Positions 39,154 to 49,300 of a stretch of DNA of 64,000 nt are shown here, piece after piece. The notes under the pieces were generated by a model that was given only the letters and a program-made list of their open reading frames with translations, had not been told where the DNA came from and ran no database searches. Location of the stretch: NCBI GenBank assembly GCA_046290465.1, contig JBKAGP010000001.1, positions 5,312,001-5,376,000 on the forward strand, written 5' to 3'. Source of the DNA: Planctomycetota bacterium. GTDB taxonomy: Bacteria; Planctomycetota; UBA1135; UBA2386. The number at the start of each line of letters is the position of its first letter. Position 1 is the first letter of the stretch. The position numbers and the translations under genes were made by a program.

Positions 39154-40878
39154 TCAGAACGAGCCCAGCGTGCCTTCGATGCCGTTGCTGGTGATCGCGC
39201 CGAACGTGTTGACCGCCGGGTTGCTGAACGTCGCGGCCTGCGTGAACAGCTTGGAGCCGATCAGCGCCGCCGGCGTCGCCGGGATCGCCAGGTTGTAGGC
39301 GTAGGTCGAGCCGGTCGGGAACCACGGGCCGAGCACCAGATCGAGGTTGGCGCGCAGCTCACAGCCGGGCATGCCGAGGAAGCCGAGGTCCGGGATCGCC
39401 GGGTCGGTCTCGCCCCAGATCGTCAGGCCGAACACTGTCGTCGCCGGGATGTCGACGACCTCGAGGTCCCAGCTGCTGCCGAGCACCGGGTTGGTGACCG
39501 AGTCGAGCGACAGCGGGATGATGTCGGTGCTGCCGGTGATCAGCGCCGGCGTGGCCGAGATGTCGACCGCGCCCGGGTCGGCGCTCGGGCCGGCCGGCGA
39601 GTAGCCGACGAGCCAGTCCTCGGGGTTGGCGAAGCCGACCGTGCCGAAGCGGATCGCCCAGTCGCCGGTGATGACGTTGTAGTCGATCTGGATGTAGCAC
39701 GGGTCCTGCGTGTTCCAGCCGTTGACCCCGTCGTAGGTGACGCGGGTCTGGCCGGTCGCGACGTCTTCCTCGTAGGTGACCGTGCCCGACTGGTCGGGCT
39801 GCAGGTCGGTCCACGTGTAGACCGCGCCCGACGGGTTGTTGAGCAGCTCGTTGACGTTCGGCGTGAAGCCGTTGCTGTTGCCGGCGCCCATCGCGAACCA
39901 GCCGTTGGAGCCGACCGACATGCCGAGCGTGCCGGCGGCCACCTGGCCGTCGTCGGGCAGCGTCAGCACGGTGCCGCCGGCCGGATCGATGCCGCCGACG
40001 GGCAGCGGGCCGGTGCCGGCCGCGGTCAGCACCAGGTAGCCGGCGCCGGTGTTGGTGCCGGTGATGTCGGTGTTGGTCAGGTCGAACGCCGCCGTGTCCA
40101 TCTGCTCGTAGAACGACGTGAACTCACGGATGCAGCCCTGGCCGATCACCTTGGTCGCCGCCTGCACGCCGAAGTTGCACGCGACGATCGCGTAGCCGCC
40201 GTTGGCGTTGGACTGGTTGCTGAACGTGATCTCGGAGACCGCGTCGCCGACGAACGCGCTGAGGTCGATGCGACCTTCGGTCAGCGACAGGTTCTGGTCG
40301 GGGCTGGCCTGGTCGGTGCCGCCAGTGCCCGGGTAGGCGCCCTGGAACCAGTCGGGGCCCGACAGGGTCGCGGTGGTGGTGGCGCCGGTCAGGAACGTCA
40401 CGGTCACGTCGAACGAGCCGCCGCCGTTGCTGATCTGGTAGAGGAAGCCGAGGCTCGAGCCCGGCGTGACGACGATCGGCGTCGCCAGCACGGTCTGCTG
40501 CGGGCCGGTCTGGTCGACGACCGGCAGCCACGACGGCTGGATACCGATGTTGTCGCCGTCCGGCGTCGGATCGAACGCCCAGATGCCGCCGGCGACCGCG
40601 TTGCGGTTGCCGAGGTGCACGATGTCGAGCACACCCGGCGTCGCGACCAGGCTGTAGTTGGCGAGCAGCGGATCGCTCGGGATGCCGGCCGAGAAGTCGA
40701 GCGCGCGGTCCGAGATCGAACGGAAGCCGTTCGGGTCGTCGGGCAGGCCGGCTTCGCCGGCGTGGATCATGCCGTTGAAGTTGTAGTTGAGCGGGACGGG
40801 AGTGCTCTGCGCGGTGGCCGCAACCGTGGTGACGGTTGCGCCGGCGAGCAGCGAGAGCGAACGAAGGAAGCGGGTCAT
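39154..40878 (-). CDS. Secreted hypothetical protein with conserved C-terminal domain
   Basis: Signal peptide MTRFLRSLSLLAGATVTTVAATAQ; WTDL nidogen-like segment; C-terminal LGMPGCEL...LAIP...LFTQ...TSNG. Confidence 0.82.
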   Translation of the reverse strand: MTRFLRSLSLLAGATVTTVAATAQSTPVPLNYNFNGMIHAGEAGLPDDPNGFRSISDRALDFSAGIPSDPLLANYSLVATPGVLDIVHLGNRNAVAGGIWAFDPTPDGDNIGIQPSWLPVVDQTGPQQTVLATPIVVTPGSSLGFLYQISNGGGSFDVTVTFLTGATTTATLSGPDWFQGAYPGTGGTDQASPDQNLSLTEGRIDLSAFVGDAVSEITFSNQSNANGGYAIVACNFGVQAATKVIGQGCIREFTSFYEQMDTAAFDLTNTDITGTNTGAGYLVLTAAGTGPLPVGGIDPAGGTVLTLPDDGQVAAGTLGMSVGSNGWFAMGAGNSNGFTPNVNELLNNPSGAVYTWTDLQPDQSGTVTYEEDVATGQTRVTYDGVNGWNTQDPCYIQIDYNVITGDWAIRFGTVGFANPEDWLVGYSPAGPSADPGAVDISATPALITGSTDIIPLSLDSVTNPVLGSSWDLEVVDIPATTVFGLTIWGETDPAIPDLGFLGMPGCELRANLDLVLGPWFPTGSTYAYNLAIPATPAALIGSKLFTQAATFSNPAVNTFGAITSNGIEGTLGSF

Positions 40879-41023
40879 GTCGGCACATCATCCATCGCGA
40901 CGCGCCCTGCGCACAAGCGTGCAATCCCCGGGCGATCTTGGGACAGACGGAGCGCCGCATCCGCGTCGGTCGCCGAGGCGGTAACACGTCCACGCCATCG
41001 GGCGGAACGTCCCGGTCGTTCGG

Positions 41024-43165
41024 CTACGACATCCGCCAGGCGTTCCAGAACGACAGCAGGCGGTTCTGCAGCCAGCCACCGAGCAGCTGCACGCGCGCCG
41101 GCAGCAGCACCCGCGCGGTCAGGCCCGAGCCGCGCGCGTCGAGCGGCACCGAGTCGACCTCGAGCATCACGTGCAGGTACGGCCGGTCGGCCGCCAGCAG
41201 CTCGCCGCTGGTCCGGGTCACGTAGAGGTCGCCGCCGCCGAGCATCGTCAGGGCCGGCGGCACCTCGAAGCGCGACGCCGACGCGCGGATCTCGCGCACC
41301 ACCGCGCGCACCGAACGGGTCGGATCGCAGCTCCAGCGCACCTCGGCCTCGCTGTCGACCTCGAGCCGCGCGCGCGACACATCTTCTTCGGTCAGCACCA
41401 TGCGCAGGTAGCGGTGGCCGCTGTGCACCTGGAACAGCTCCTCGCCCTGTTGCACGAACCGTCCCGGCAGACGGTCGTGCAGCGGGCTCGCGATGGTGCC
41501 GTCGGCGTCGGCGCTGAGGCTCAGCGAGTACTGCCGCGCCTCGAGCTCCTTGACGCTGGCGGTCAGGTACGAGATGCGCGCCTGGTGGATCGCCGCCTGG
41601 GTCGGATCGTCGAGCTCGATCGCGTCGAGGCCTTCGCGTTCGGCGTCGAGCTCGCCGACCAGGCGCTGGCGCCGCATCTCGAGTTCGGGGTTGTGCAACA
41701 CCGCCAGCTGGTCGCCGGCTTCGACGACGTCGCCGTTGTGCACCTCGAGCTGCTGCACGAAGCCGCCGGTCGGTGCGCGCACCGACTGCCGTTGCTGCGG
41801 GTCGAGCACACCCGGCGCGACGATGCTCCACGAGATCGGCACCATGCCGCCGAGCAGCGGCAGTAGCGTCAGCGTCGCCAGCGCGACCAGCCGCGCGCGG
41901 GTGCGGTAGTCGGCGGTGGCCTTGCCGTTCCACAGGTGGATGGTCAGCGCCAGCACCGGCTTCGCGATCAGCGCCCACGCGAACACCACGCCGAGGAACA
42001 TGCCGGCCGCCGGCCACTGGGTCATCATCAAGCCGGTCAGCAAGAACGCGAGGGTGACGCGGTAGACGAACGCGGCGGGGCCGTAGATGCCGTAGAGCAG
42101 CCGTTCGGACGCTGCGTAGCCGTCGGGTGCGCGCGCCTTGCCGAGCGCCACGCGGTTGGCCCAGCCGTTGAGGAACGACTGCGCGCGCTGCTGCAGGTTG
42201 AACACGCCGACCAGGTCGCTGAACAGGAAGTAGCCGTCGTACTTCATCAGCGGGTTGACGTTGAACAGGATCGTCACGACGCTCGCCAACGCGATCACGT
42301 TGAAGGCCAGGTCGTGCACGAAGCCCTCGGTCGTGCCGGCCCAGACCAAGGCCGCGATCGCCGCGACGAAGGTCTCGAAGTACATGCCGCCGAGCGCGAC
42401 GACCGCGCGCTGCCGGGCGCCGGGCAGCTTCCACGAGGCGCCGGCGTCGACGTACGCGCACGGCGTCATCATGATCATCTGCACGCCCATCTCCGGCACC
42501 GACGCGCCGAACCGCTTGGCGGCGTAGGCGTGGCCGAACTCGTGCAGCACCTTCAGGCCGATCAGCGCGAGCCACAGCACCGGCAGGTTGGCGAGGGCCA
42601 GCAGGTTGCCGGTCTCGGCGAACATCTCGTCGAACCGGCCGAGGCACTTCCAGCCGACCAGCCCGAGCAGCGACAGCCACAGCAGCAGGCCGGGCCAGCC
42701 GAACAGCCAGCCGGTGTAGCGCAGCGTGCGATCGAGGAACGCGTCCGGGTTGCCGACCGGGATGCGGTGGCTCATCAGCATGCGGTACCACGGCCCGCTG
42801 CCGCGCGCCTGCTTCTCCAGCATGCGCTGGTAGGTCTGGTCGCCGCCGCTGATCGGCAGGTGCAGCAGGCCGATGCCGTGCAGCCACAGCACGAACTTGT
42901 AGAAGCCCTGGCGATCGTCGTCGTCGTCGTCGAGCACGTCGTCGCGGACCAGCTGCGCGTAGCACTCCCCGAGCGTGCGGTGGCGGACGATCGCGGTCAG
43001 CACGCGGTAGTCGGCGCCCCGGAACGCGTGGTTCTGGAAGCTGACCGGGTCGTGCACGACGTAGCGCACGCCGCCGCGGGTCTGCTGGCGCGTGAAGTGC
43101 AGGTCGCTGCGCAGGCCGACCCGGAGCGGGCCCAGCACGCGTTCGGTTCTGCTGGTGTCCGTCAT
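41024..43165 (-). CDS. M50 site-2 zinc metalloprotease fused to HlyD-like membrane-fusion domain
   Basis: LHEFGH (HExxH), CAYVD, NVNPLMKYDG and multiple TMs; C-terminal VRAPTGGFV...GDVVEAGD lipoyl-half, coiled coil and GRFVQQGEELF. Confidence 0.9.
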   Translation of the reverse strand: MTDTSRTERVLGPLRVGLRSDLHFTRQQTRGGVRYVVHDPVSFQNHAFRGADYRVLTAIVRHRTLGECYAQLVRDDVLDDDDDDRQGFYKFVLWLHGIGLLHLPISGGDQTYQRMLEKQARGSGPWYRMLMSHRIPVGNPDAFLDRTLRYTGWLFGWPGLLLWLSLLGLVGWKCLGRFDEMFAETGNLLALANLPVLWLALIGLKVLHEFGHAYAAKRFGASVPEMGVQMIMMTPCAYVDAGASWKLPGARQRAVVALGGMYFETFVAAIAALVWAGTTEGFVHDLAFNVIALASVVTILFNVNPLMKYDGYFLFSDLVGVFNLQQRAQSFLNGWANRVALGKARAPDGYAASERLLYGIYGPAAFVYRVTLAFLLTGLMMTQWPAAGMFLGVVFAWALIAKPVLALTIHLWNGKATADYRTRARLVALATLTLLPLLGGMVPISWSIVAPGVLDPQQRQSVRAPTGGFVQQLEVHNGDVVEAGDQLAVLHNPELEMRRQRLVGELDAEREGLDAIELDDPTQAAIHQARISYLTASVKELEARQYSLSLSADADGTIASPLHDRLPGRFVQQGEELFQVHSGHRYLRMVLTEEDVSRARLEVDSEAEVRWSCDPTRSVRAVVREIRASASRFEVPPALTMLGGGDLYVTRTSGELLAADRPYLHVMLEVDSVPLDARGSGLTARVLLPARVQLLGGWLQNRLLSFWNAWRMS

Positions 43166-43167
43166 CG

Positions 43168-45036
43168 CTACAGCCAGAAGTTCAGGTGCAGCCAGTCGGT
43201 GATGCGGTGCGTCAGCACCCACCAGGCGCTGCGCGAGCCGGCGTCGATGCGCGCGGTGCCCTCCATGCCGGGCGGCAGCAGGCCGAGGTCGATCTCGACG
43301 TCGGCCTCGCCGAGGAACACGTTCTGTTCGTCGACGATCGTGCTCGACGGCGCGATCGCCAGGTTGTCGAGCTGGTAGCCGCGGTCGGGTTCGGCCGCCG
43401 GCGCGAACTCGGCGCGCACGCACTCGTTGGCGGCGAGCACCATGCGCTCGGGAATGCGCAGCTCGATCGACGCGCGGTCGTAGCGGGCCAGTTCGAACAG
43501 CGGCACGCCGAGTTCGAGGCGGCTGCCGAGGCGTTCGCGCAGGTCGCCGTCGAGGATCAGGCCGTCGTGCGGTGCGCGGATCTGCGCCTGGGCGATGCTG
43601 GCGTCGACGATCGCCAGCTGCGCTTCGAGGCTGCGCTTCTTGGCTTCGTTGACGCGCACCTGGCCGGCCTCCCGTTCGCCGACCGCCTGATCGATCAGCG
43701 CCGCCAGCGACTCGATCTCGGCGTTCAGCTCGGCGCGCTGCAGGAAGTCGTCGCTGGCGTCGATCGCGGCCAGCAGCTGGCCCTCCTGCACGCGGTCGCC
43801 CGGCCGCACGAACAGCTCGGCGAGCACGCCGGCGCGCGGGCAGGCGATCGTGCGCCGGTCGGTCGCCTTGACGGTGCACGGCACCGTGAACGTGTGGTGC
43901 AACGTGCCGAACGCGAGCCATCCGGCGAGCCCGAGCACGGCCGCGATCAGCGTCAGCGCGCGGGCCGGGCCGCGCGCGAACAGGCGCCGCACGTTTTGTC
44001 GCACCAGGTCGAGGGCGTGCTGCCGCAGGCTGCGGTTGGCGGTCAGCGACAGCGGCACCAGCGCGGCGTAGCCCGACAGCTCCTCCTGCATCAGCACGAC
44101 CTGGTCGCGCGTCAGCCGGGTGCCACCGCCCTGGCTCATCGAGACCACCGCGACGATGCGGTCCGTGAACCGCAGCGGCAGCGATGCGACCGCGTTGCCC
44201 TGGTGGCGCTGGCTCCACTGCGCGTGCAGCCGGCAGTCGTCCTCGTCCTCGCCCTCGCCCTCGCTGTCGCGGCCGCGGCAGACGATCGGTTCGCCGCGGT
44301 CGACGCATTCCTCCATCGCCGAACGGATCGCCAGCACGCCCGGGTTGGACGGCCGCACGTGGTCGACGCCGCTGATCGCGGCGACCTGCACGGCGCCGCG
44401 CTGCACGAAGCCGACGGCCGCCATCTCCAGGCCGTAGCGCGATCCGAGGTCGCCGAGAATCGCGTGCGCCAGGCGCATCGGGTGCTCGGCCTCCTCGGAC
44501 GGCCGCATCTCGCGCCGTTCGGCGCTGCGGCGGATGCTCGAGCCGCCCTGGTCGAACAGCAGCGAGACGTAGCCGAGGATGCCCTCGAGCTGCGCCATGA
44601 TCTGCAGGATGTGGGCGCGGTCGCACGGCGGCAGCACCAGCGCCGCACCGCCGGACGGCTCGGCGCCCTGGTCGTACATGACGACCGTCAGCAGCAGCAG
44701 CGCGTTGCCACCGGGCTTGAGCCGGACACAGCGCGCCTCCTCGCTGGAGACCGACTCCCACAGCGCCTGGTTGATGCGGTCGCGGTCGTCGGTGTCGATC
44801 TGGTCGTCGTCGCCGCTCCACTCCTCGGACAACACGTGCATGCCGAGGCGGGTGTGCACGACCGCGTAGAGGGCGCCGAGGCGCCGGCAGATGCGTTGCA
44901 GGGTCTCGGCCAGCGCGCGGTTGCCGGGGCGGTTGGCGAACAGCTCACGCAGTTCGCACTGCAGCGCGGTCAGGCTGGTCGCCGCGGCCGTCTTCTCGCT
45001 GGTCGCGACCTGGGTGTTGTCGTCGGGGGTGTGCAA
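43168..45036 (-). CDS. GAF-like domain + HlyD-family periplasmic adaptor
   Basis: AIRSAMEECVD...VASLPL GAF-like region, one TM, then IACPRAGVLAELFVRPGDRVQEGQLL, hairpin and IRAPHDG. Confidence 0.85.
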   Translation of the reverse strand: MHTPDDNTQVATSEKTAAATSLTALQCELRELFANRPGNRALAETLQRICRRLGALYAVVHTRLGMHVLSEEWSGDDDQIDTDDRDRINQALWESVSSEEARCVRLKPGGNALLLLTVVMYDQGAEPSGGAALVLPPCDRAHILQIMAQLEGILGYVSLLFDQGGSSIRRSAERREMRPSEEAEHPMRLAHAILGDLGSRYGLEMAAVGFVQRGAVQVAAISGVDHVRPSNPGVLAIRSAMEECVDRGEPIVCRGRDSEGEGEDEDDCRLHAQWSQRHQGNAVASLPLRFTDRIVAVVSMSQGGGTRLTRDQVVLMQEELSGYAALVPLSLTANRSLRQHALDLVRQNVRRLFARGPARALTLIAAVLGLAGWLAFGTLHHTFTVPCTVKATDRRTIACPRAGVLAELFVRPGDRVQEGQLLAAIDASDDFLQRAELNAEIESLAALIDQAVGEREAGQVRVNEAKKRSLEAQLAIVDASIAQAQIRAPHDGLILDGDLRERLGSRLELGVPLFELARYDRASIELRIPERMVLAANECVRAEFAPAAEPDRGYQLDNLAIAPSSTIVDEQNVFLGEADVEIDLGLLPPGMEGTARIDAGSRSAWWVLTHRITDWLHLNFWL

Positions 45037-45050
45037 CCGTTCCTCGGGTC

Positions 45051-45434
45051 TCAGCTCAGGTCGACGGGGTGGGCGAAGCGGAACCGCAGCTCGAACGACG
45101 TGTCGCTCAGCATCGTGCAGCGTTCGCAGACGGCCAGCGCCGGCGGCAGGTCGGTTGTGGCGCGGTCGAAGCGCAGCTGGAACACGCTGCCGACCATCAC
45201 CGGCTTCGGTGCGATGCCGGACAGGCCCTGGTCGCCGGTGTCGCCGGCCTGCAGCTCGGTCTCGGCGCCGTCTCGGTCGCAGGCGTTGGCCGCGTGCACC
45301 TCGACGCGCATCGGCCTGCCCGGCGCCTTGGCCTCGCGCAGTTCGGCGACGTTGGTCGTGCAGCGGACCTCGAGGTCGTCCAGCAGCGCGTCCTGGGTGT
45401 CGTTCATCTCCGGGTGGTTGTCGAACTGGTGCAT
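45051..45434 (-). CDS. Small PilZ-like beta-barrel protein (degenerate motifs)
   Basis: GAGGA RBS upstream; DTGDQGLS...PVMVGSVFQLRF...AVCERC...FELRFRF matches the PilZ strand pattern. Confidence 0.55.
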   Translation of the reverse strand: MHQFDNHPEMNDTQDALLDDLEVRCTTNVAELREAKAPGRPMRVEVHAANACDRDGAETELQAGDTGDQGLSGIAPKPVMVGSVFQLRFDRATTDLPPALAVCERCTMLSDTSFELRFRFAHPVDLS

Positions 45435-45442
45435 GGCGTTCC

Positions 45443-46297
45443 TCACTTGCCGGACGGCGCGCTCGGGTCGTAGGCCGGGGCCGGCTCGATCAGCATCTTG
45501 AGCCCGGTCTTCCAGTCGTGGTCGGGGTTGGCGATCGACGCGCGCACCATGAAGCTGTGGCTCGACGCGTTGGCCTTGGGCGACAAGAACGTCACTGTCG
45601 CGATGCGGGTGTCGGTCGGTCGACGCGCCGGCGCGACCAGCACCCGGGTGCCGACGCGGAACTCCTGCTGCTGCTGGATCGGGCACTCGAACTCGATCCA
45701 CAGCGGGTCGAGGCACATCACCTCGACGACCGGCACGAACTTCTCGACCGCTTCGCCGGCCTGCTTGTAGCGCGCGGTCACGACGCCGGCGAACGGGCTG
45801 TGCACGCTGCGCTGCGCCAGCCGTTCCTCGGCCTGCGCCAGCTGGTTGTGCGACTGCTTCTTGTCGAGCGTGGCCTGCTCGAGCGCCAGTTCGGCGAGCG
45901 CCAGCTCGTGCTCGTACTTCTGCACGTCGTGCTCGCTGCGGATGTCCTTCTCGAGCAGGTCGCGCATGCGTGCCGCCTGCTGCTGGCAGTGCTGCAGGCT
46001 GACACGGGCGCGCCGTTCGAACAGGTCCGAGTCGGCGAGGCGCCGCAGCCGCTCGACCTCGAGCTGCTCGAGCGTCGCGTTGAGGCGGAAGACGACGGTC
46101 TCTTCGGTCACCTTGTCGCCGGCCTGCACCGCCAGTTCGACCAGCTTGCCGGCCTGCTCGGGGGAGACCAGCGCGACCTTGCTCGGCACGGTGATGCCGA
46201 CCAGCGAACCCGGTGGCGCCACCTCGCGGCGGGAGCCCGATGCGCTGGCGAACACGGTCGCCAGGCCGAGCGCAGGGAGCAGCAGTTTGCAGGACAT
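45443..46297 (-). CDS. Efflux RND/HlyD-type periplasmic adaptor subunit
   Basis: Signal/anchor, SPEQAGKL...AGDKV, coiled hairpin, SPFAGVV...GEAVE and SPKANASSHSFMVR...NPDHDWKTG. Confidence 0.88.
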   Translation of the reverse strand: MSCKLLLPALGLATVFASASGSRREVAPPGSLVGITVPSKVALVSPEQAGKLVELAVQAGDKVTEETVVFRLNATLEQLEVERLRRLADSDLFERRARVSLQHCQQQAARMRDLLEKDIRSEHDVQKYEHELALAELALEQATLDKKQSHNQLAQAEERLAQRSVHSPFAGVVTARYKQAGEAVEKFVPVVEVMCLDPLWIEFECPIQQQQEFRVGTRVLVAPARRPTDTRIATVTFLSPKANASSHSFMVRASIANPDHDWKTGLKMLIEPAPAYDPSAPSGK

Positions 46298-46376
46298 CGT
46301 GCCAGGTCATCGGACTTGGGGGTGTCCCTGGTGCAGGGGAACGCCGCGCGCGCCGCCAGGCCCGATGGCACCGGCG

Positions 46377-49300
46377 CTACGAGTCGCGCTTCCTGCGGCC
46401 GGTCTGCGCGCCGAAGAACGCGAGCAGCGCCCCCCAGATGCGGCCGACGCCGCGCGCGCCCTGCTCCTCGTCGGTGTTGGCCCGTTCCTGCTGCGACTCG
46501 ACGTGCTCGTCGATCGACAGCGAGCGGCTGGTCATGCCGACCGGCTCGACCTGCACGGTGACCTCCTGCACGACGCGTTCGCCGCCGCTCCAGACCTCGA
46601 CCTCGAACACCAGCTCCTCTTCGACGAACAGCTCCGGGGTGCGGATCCGCAGCATGCCGTCGGCGCCGGACGCGTCGAGGTCGACCGGCGTGCCGGAGAC
46701 CTGGGTCCAGCGCGCGTCGGCCAGCTCGGCCGCGGTCGCCTCGGCCGCCGCGCGGGCGGTCAGCTCGATCGCGTCGCCGGCCTCGACCAGGACCAGGTCC
46801 GGCAGCTCGATGCGCGTGCCGGCGGCGGTTGCCGCCGCCGCGGGTTCCTCGAGCAGGTTGGCGTAGTAGCTGTCGAGCCCGGCCTCGGACGCGTCGCCGG
46901 TCAGGTTGGAGGACCGCAGCTCCTCGTCGCCCGCGGCCGTGTTGTCGCCGGCGTCGTCGCTGGTCGCGCCGGCGTCGGCGTCGAGCGTGACGCTGGCCAG
47001 GAGGCCGGGGGAACCGTCGTCGTCGCTGCGGTCGTCGAGGTCCAGCGAATTGCCGGCAGCGGTCGCGAGCATGTCGTCGAGCCGGTTGCTCGCGCTCGAC
47101 TGGATCGCCTCGCGGATGCGGTCGGCGGCCTCGTCGCGTTCGCTCGTTGCGGCATCGACGGTGTCGCCGCCCGAGGCATCGTCGGTGGTGGTCGGCGCGG
47201 GCTGCGGCGCCGGCGTCGCGGCGCTGGCGGTGGCCGCCTGCACCTGCACGTTGACGACCTGAATCGTCGCCCGGTCGCCGTCGAACACCTCGACCTGGAA
47301 CGTCAGCGTCGTGTCGACGTCGACCTCCGGCGCCTGGAAGCGCAGCTGCGGCTGGTCGTTGGCCGGCATGCGCGCGGTCGGGCCGCCGACCTGCGTCCAG
47401 CGGAACCGCAGCGGGTCGCCGTCCGGATCGGCCGCGTTGGCCTGGATCACGCCCGGCGCGCCGGAGGCGAGGTCGGGCACGCCGTCGATCGTCACCTGCG
47501 GGCCGACGTTGGGCGCGACCACGACCGTCACGGTGTCGAACGCCTGGTTGGTGCCGTCGTCGACCCCGGCCACGAACGTCAACACGGTGCCCTCGGGCAG
47601 GTCGGGCGCGGTGAACGTCGGCGCGCCGCTGTCGCCGTCCTGCAGGTCGACCGACGGCCCGCCGATCTGGCGCCATTGGTAGCTGAGCGTGCCGTTCTCC
47701 GGGTCGCTGGCGCGGGCCCGGAGCTGCACGTCCTGGTTGCGTCGCACCACCTGGTCGTCGCCGGCGTCGATGCGCGGCGCGTCGTCGTCGGCCTGGATGC
47801 CGAACGTGACCAGATCGGTCGAGCTGTTGACGCCGTCGCTGACGGTCAGTTCGAACTGCACGATCGTATTGCGCATCGACTCCGGCGCGCGGAAGCGCGT
47901 GGTCGCGCTGTCGGCGTCTTCGAGCTGCACCGTCGGCCCCTGCACCTGACGCCACGAGTAGGTCAGCCCCTGGCCCTCGGGGTCGGTGCCCGAGCCGCGC
48001 AGCACGACGACGTCGCCCTCTTCGACGGTCGCGTTGCTGCCGGCGTCGGCGGTCGGGGCGTCGTCGTCGCCGCCGACGGTGATCTCGACGGTGTCGACGC
48101 TCGACACGTTGGTGCCGTCGGAGACCGTCAGCTCGAACGTCAGGCTGCTGCTCGAGGTCGTTTCGGGCGCCGTGAACGTCGGCTGGGCGGCGTTGGCGTC
48201 GCTGAGCGTGACGGTCGGCCCGCCGGTCTGCACCCACGTGTAGGTCAGCCCCTGGCCTTCGGGATCGCTGCTGCCGAGCCCGTTCAGCGTGACGACGTCG
48301 CCCTCGTCGACGCTCTGGTCGGCGCCCGCGTGCGAGCTCGGCGCGTCGTTGTCGGCGTTGACCGTGACGGTCACGGTGTCGACGCTCGAGACGTTGGTGC
48401 CGTCGCTGACGGTCAGCTCGAACCCGACGCTGGTGTTGCTGATCCCTTCGGGCGCCGTGAAGGTCGGCTGCGCCGCGTTGGCGTCGTCGAGGGTCACGGT
48501 CGGACCGCTGACCTGCGTCCACGTGTAGGTCAGGCTCTGGCCCTCGGGGTCCGTGCTGCCCAGCCCCGTCAACGTGACGACGTCGCCCTCGTCGACGATC
48601 TGGTCGGTGCCGGCGTCGGCGGTCGGGGCGTCGTCGTCGGCGTTGACGGTGACGACGACCCGGTCGGTGGTGAAGTTCTCGCCGTCGCTGACGGTCAGCT
48701 CGAACTCGAGCGACGAGTTGACCAGGCCTTCGGGCGCTGCGAACGTCGGCGCCGACGTGGTCGCGTCGTTGAGCGTGACGCTCGGGCCGCTGACCTGGGT
48801 CCAGTAGTACTTCAGCTCGTCGCCGTCGGCGTCGAAGCTGGCGCCGCCGTCGAGCGTGACCTCGGTGCCCTCGGAGACCACCTGGTTGGCGCCGGCGTCG
48901 GCGACCGGCGCGCTGCCGGTGTCGCTGTCAGCCACGGCAGCGGCCGCCATGTCGCTGAATTGGATCGACGCGATGCCGGTGTAGTTGATGACGAAGGACG
49001 TATCCTTGTCGATGCTGACCGTGATCGTCTTGCCGCTGATCACGGCGTCGGTCGAGGCGTAATTGGACAGGTCGATCGTGTCGGTGCCGCGGTTGCCGGC
49101 GACGGTGTACTCGGCGCCGGCCTGCGGGTTGGAGAACACGAACGTGTCGTCGCCGGCGCTGCCCTCGACGCGCTCGAAGCCCAGGATCGTGTCGGTCCCG
49201 GCGGCGCCGGTGTCCTGGGGGTTGCCGTCGGTCAGGTCGACCGTGACCCCGCCGTCGAAGCCCACGTAGCTGAGCGTGTCTGTGCCCGCGCCACCGTCGA

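Noticed and set aside
47240..48912. Regularly spaced DNA repeats as a possible CRISPR array
   Set aside because: The ~280-bp period is in frame and encodes PKD-like domains. There are no unique spacers and no cas genes.
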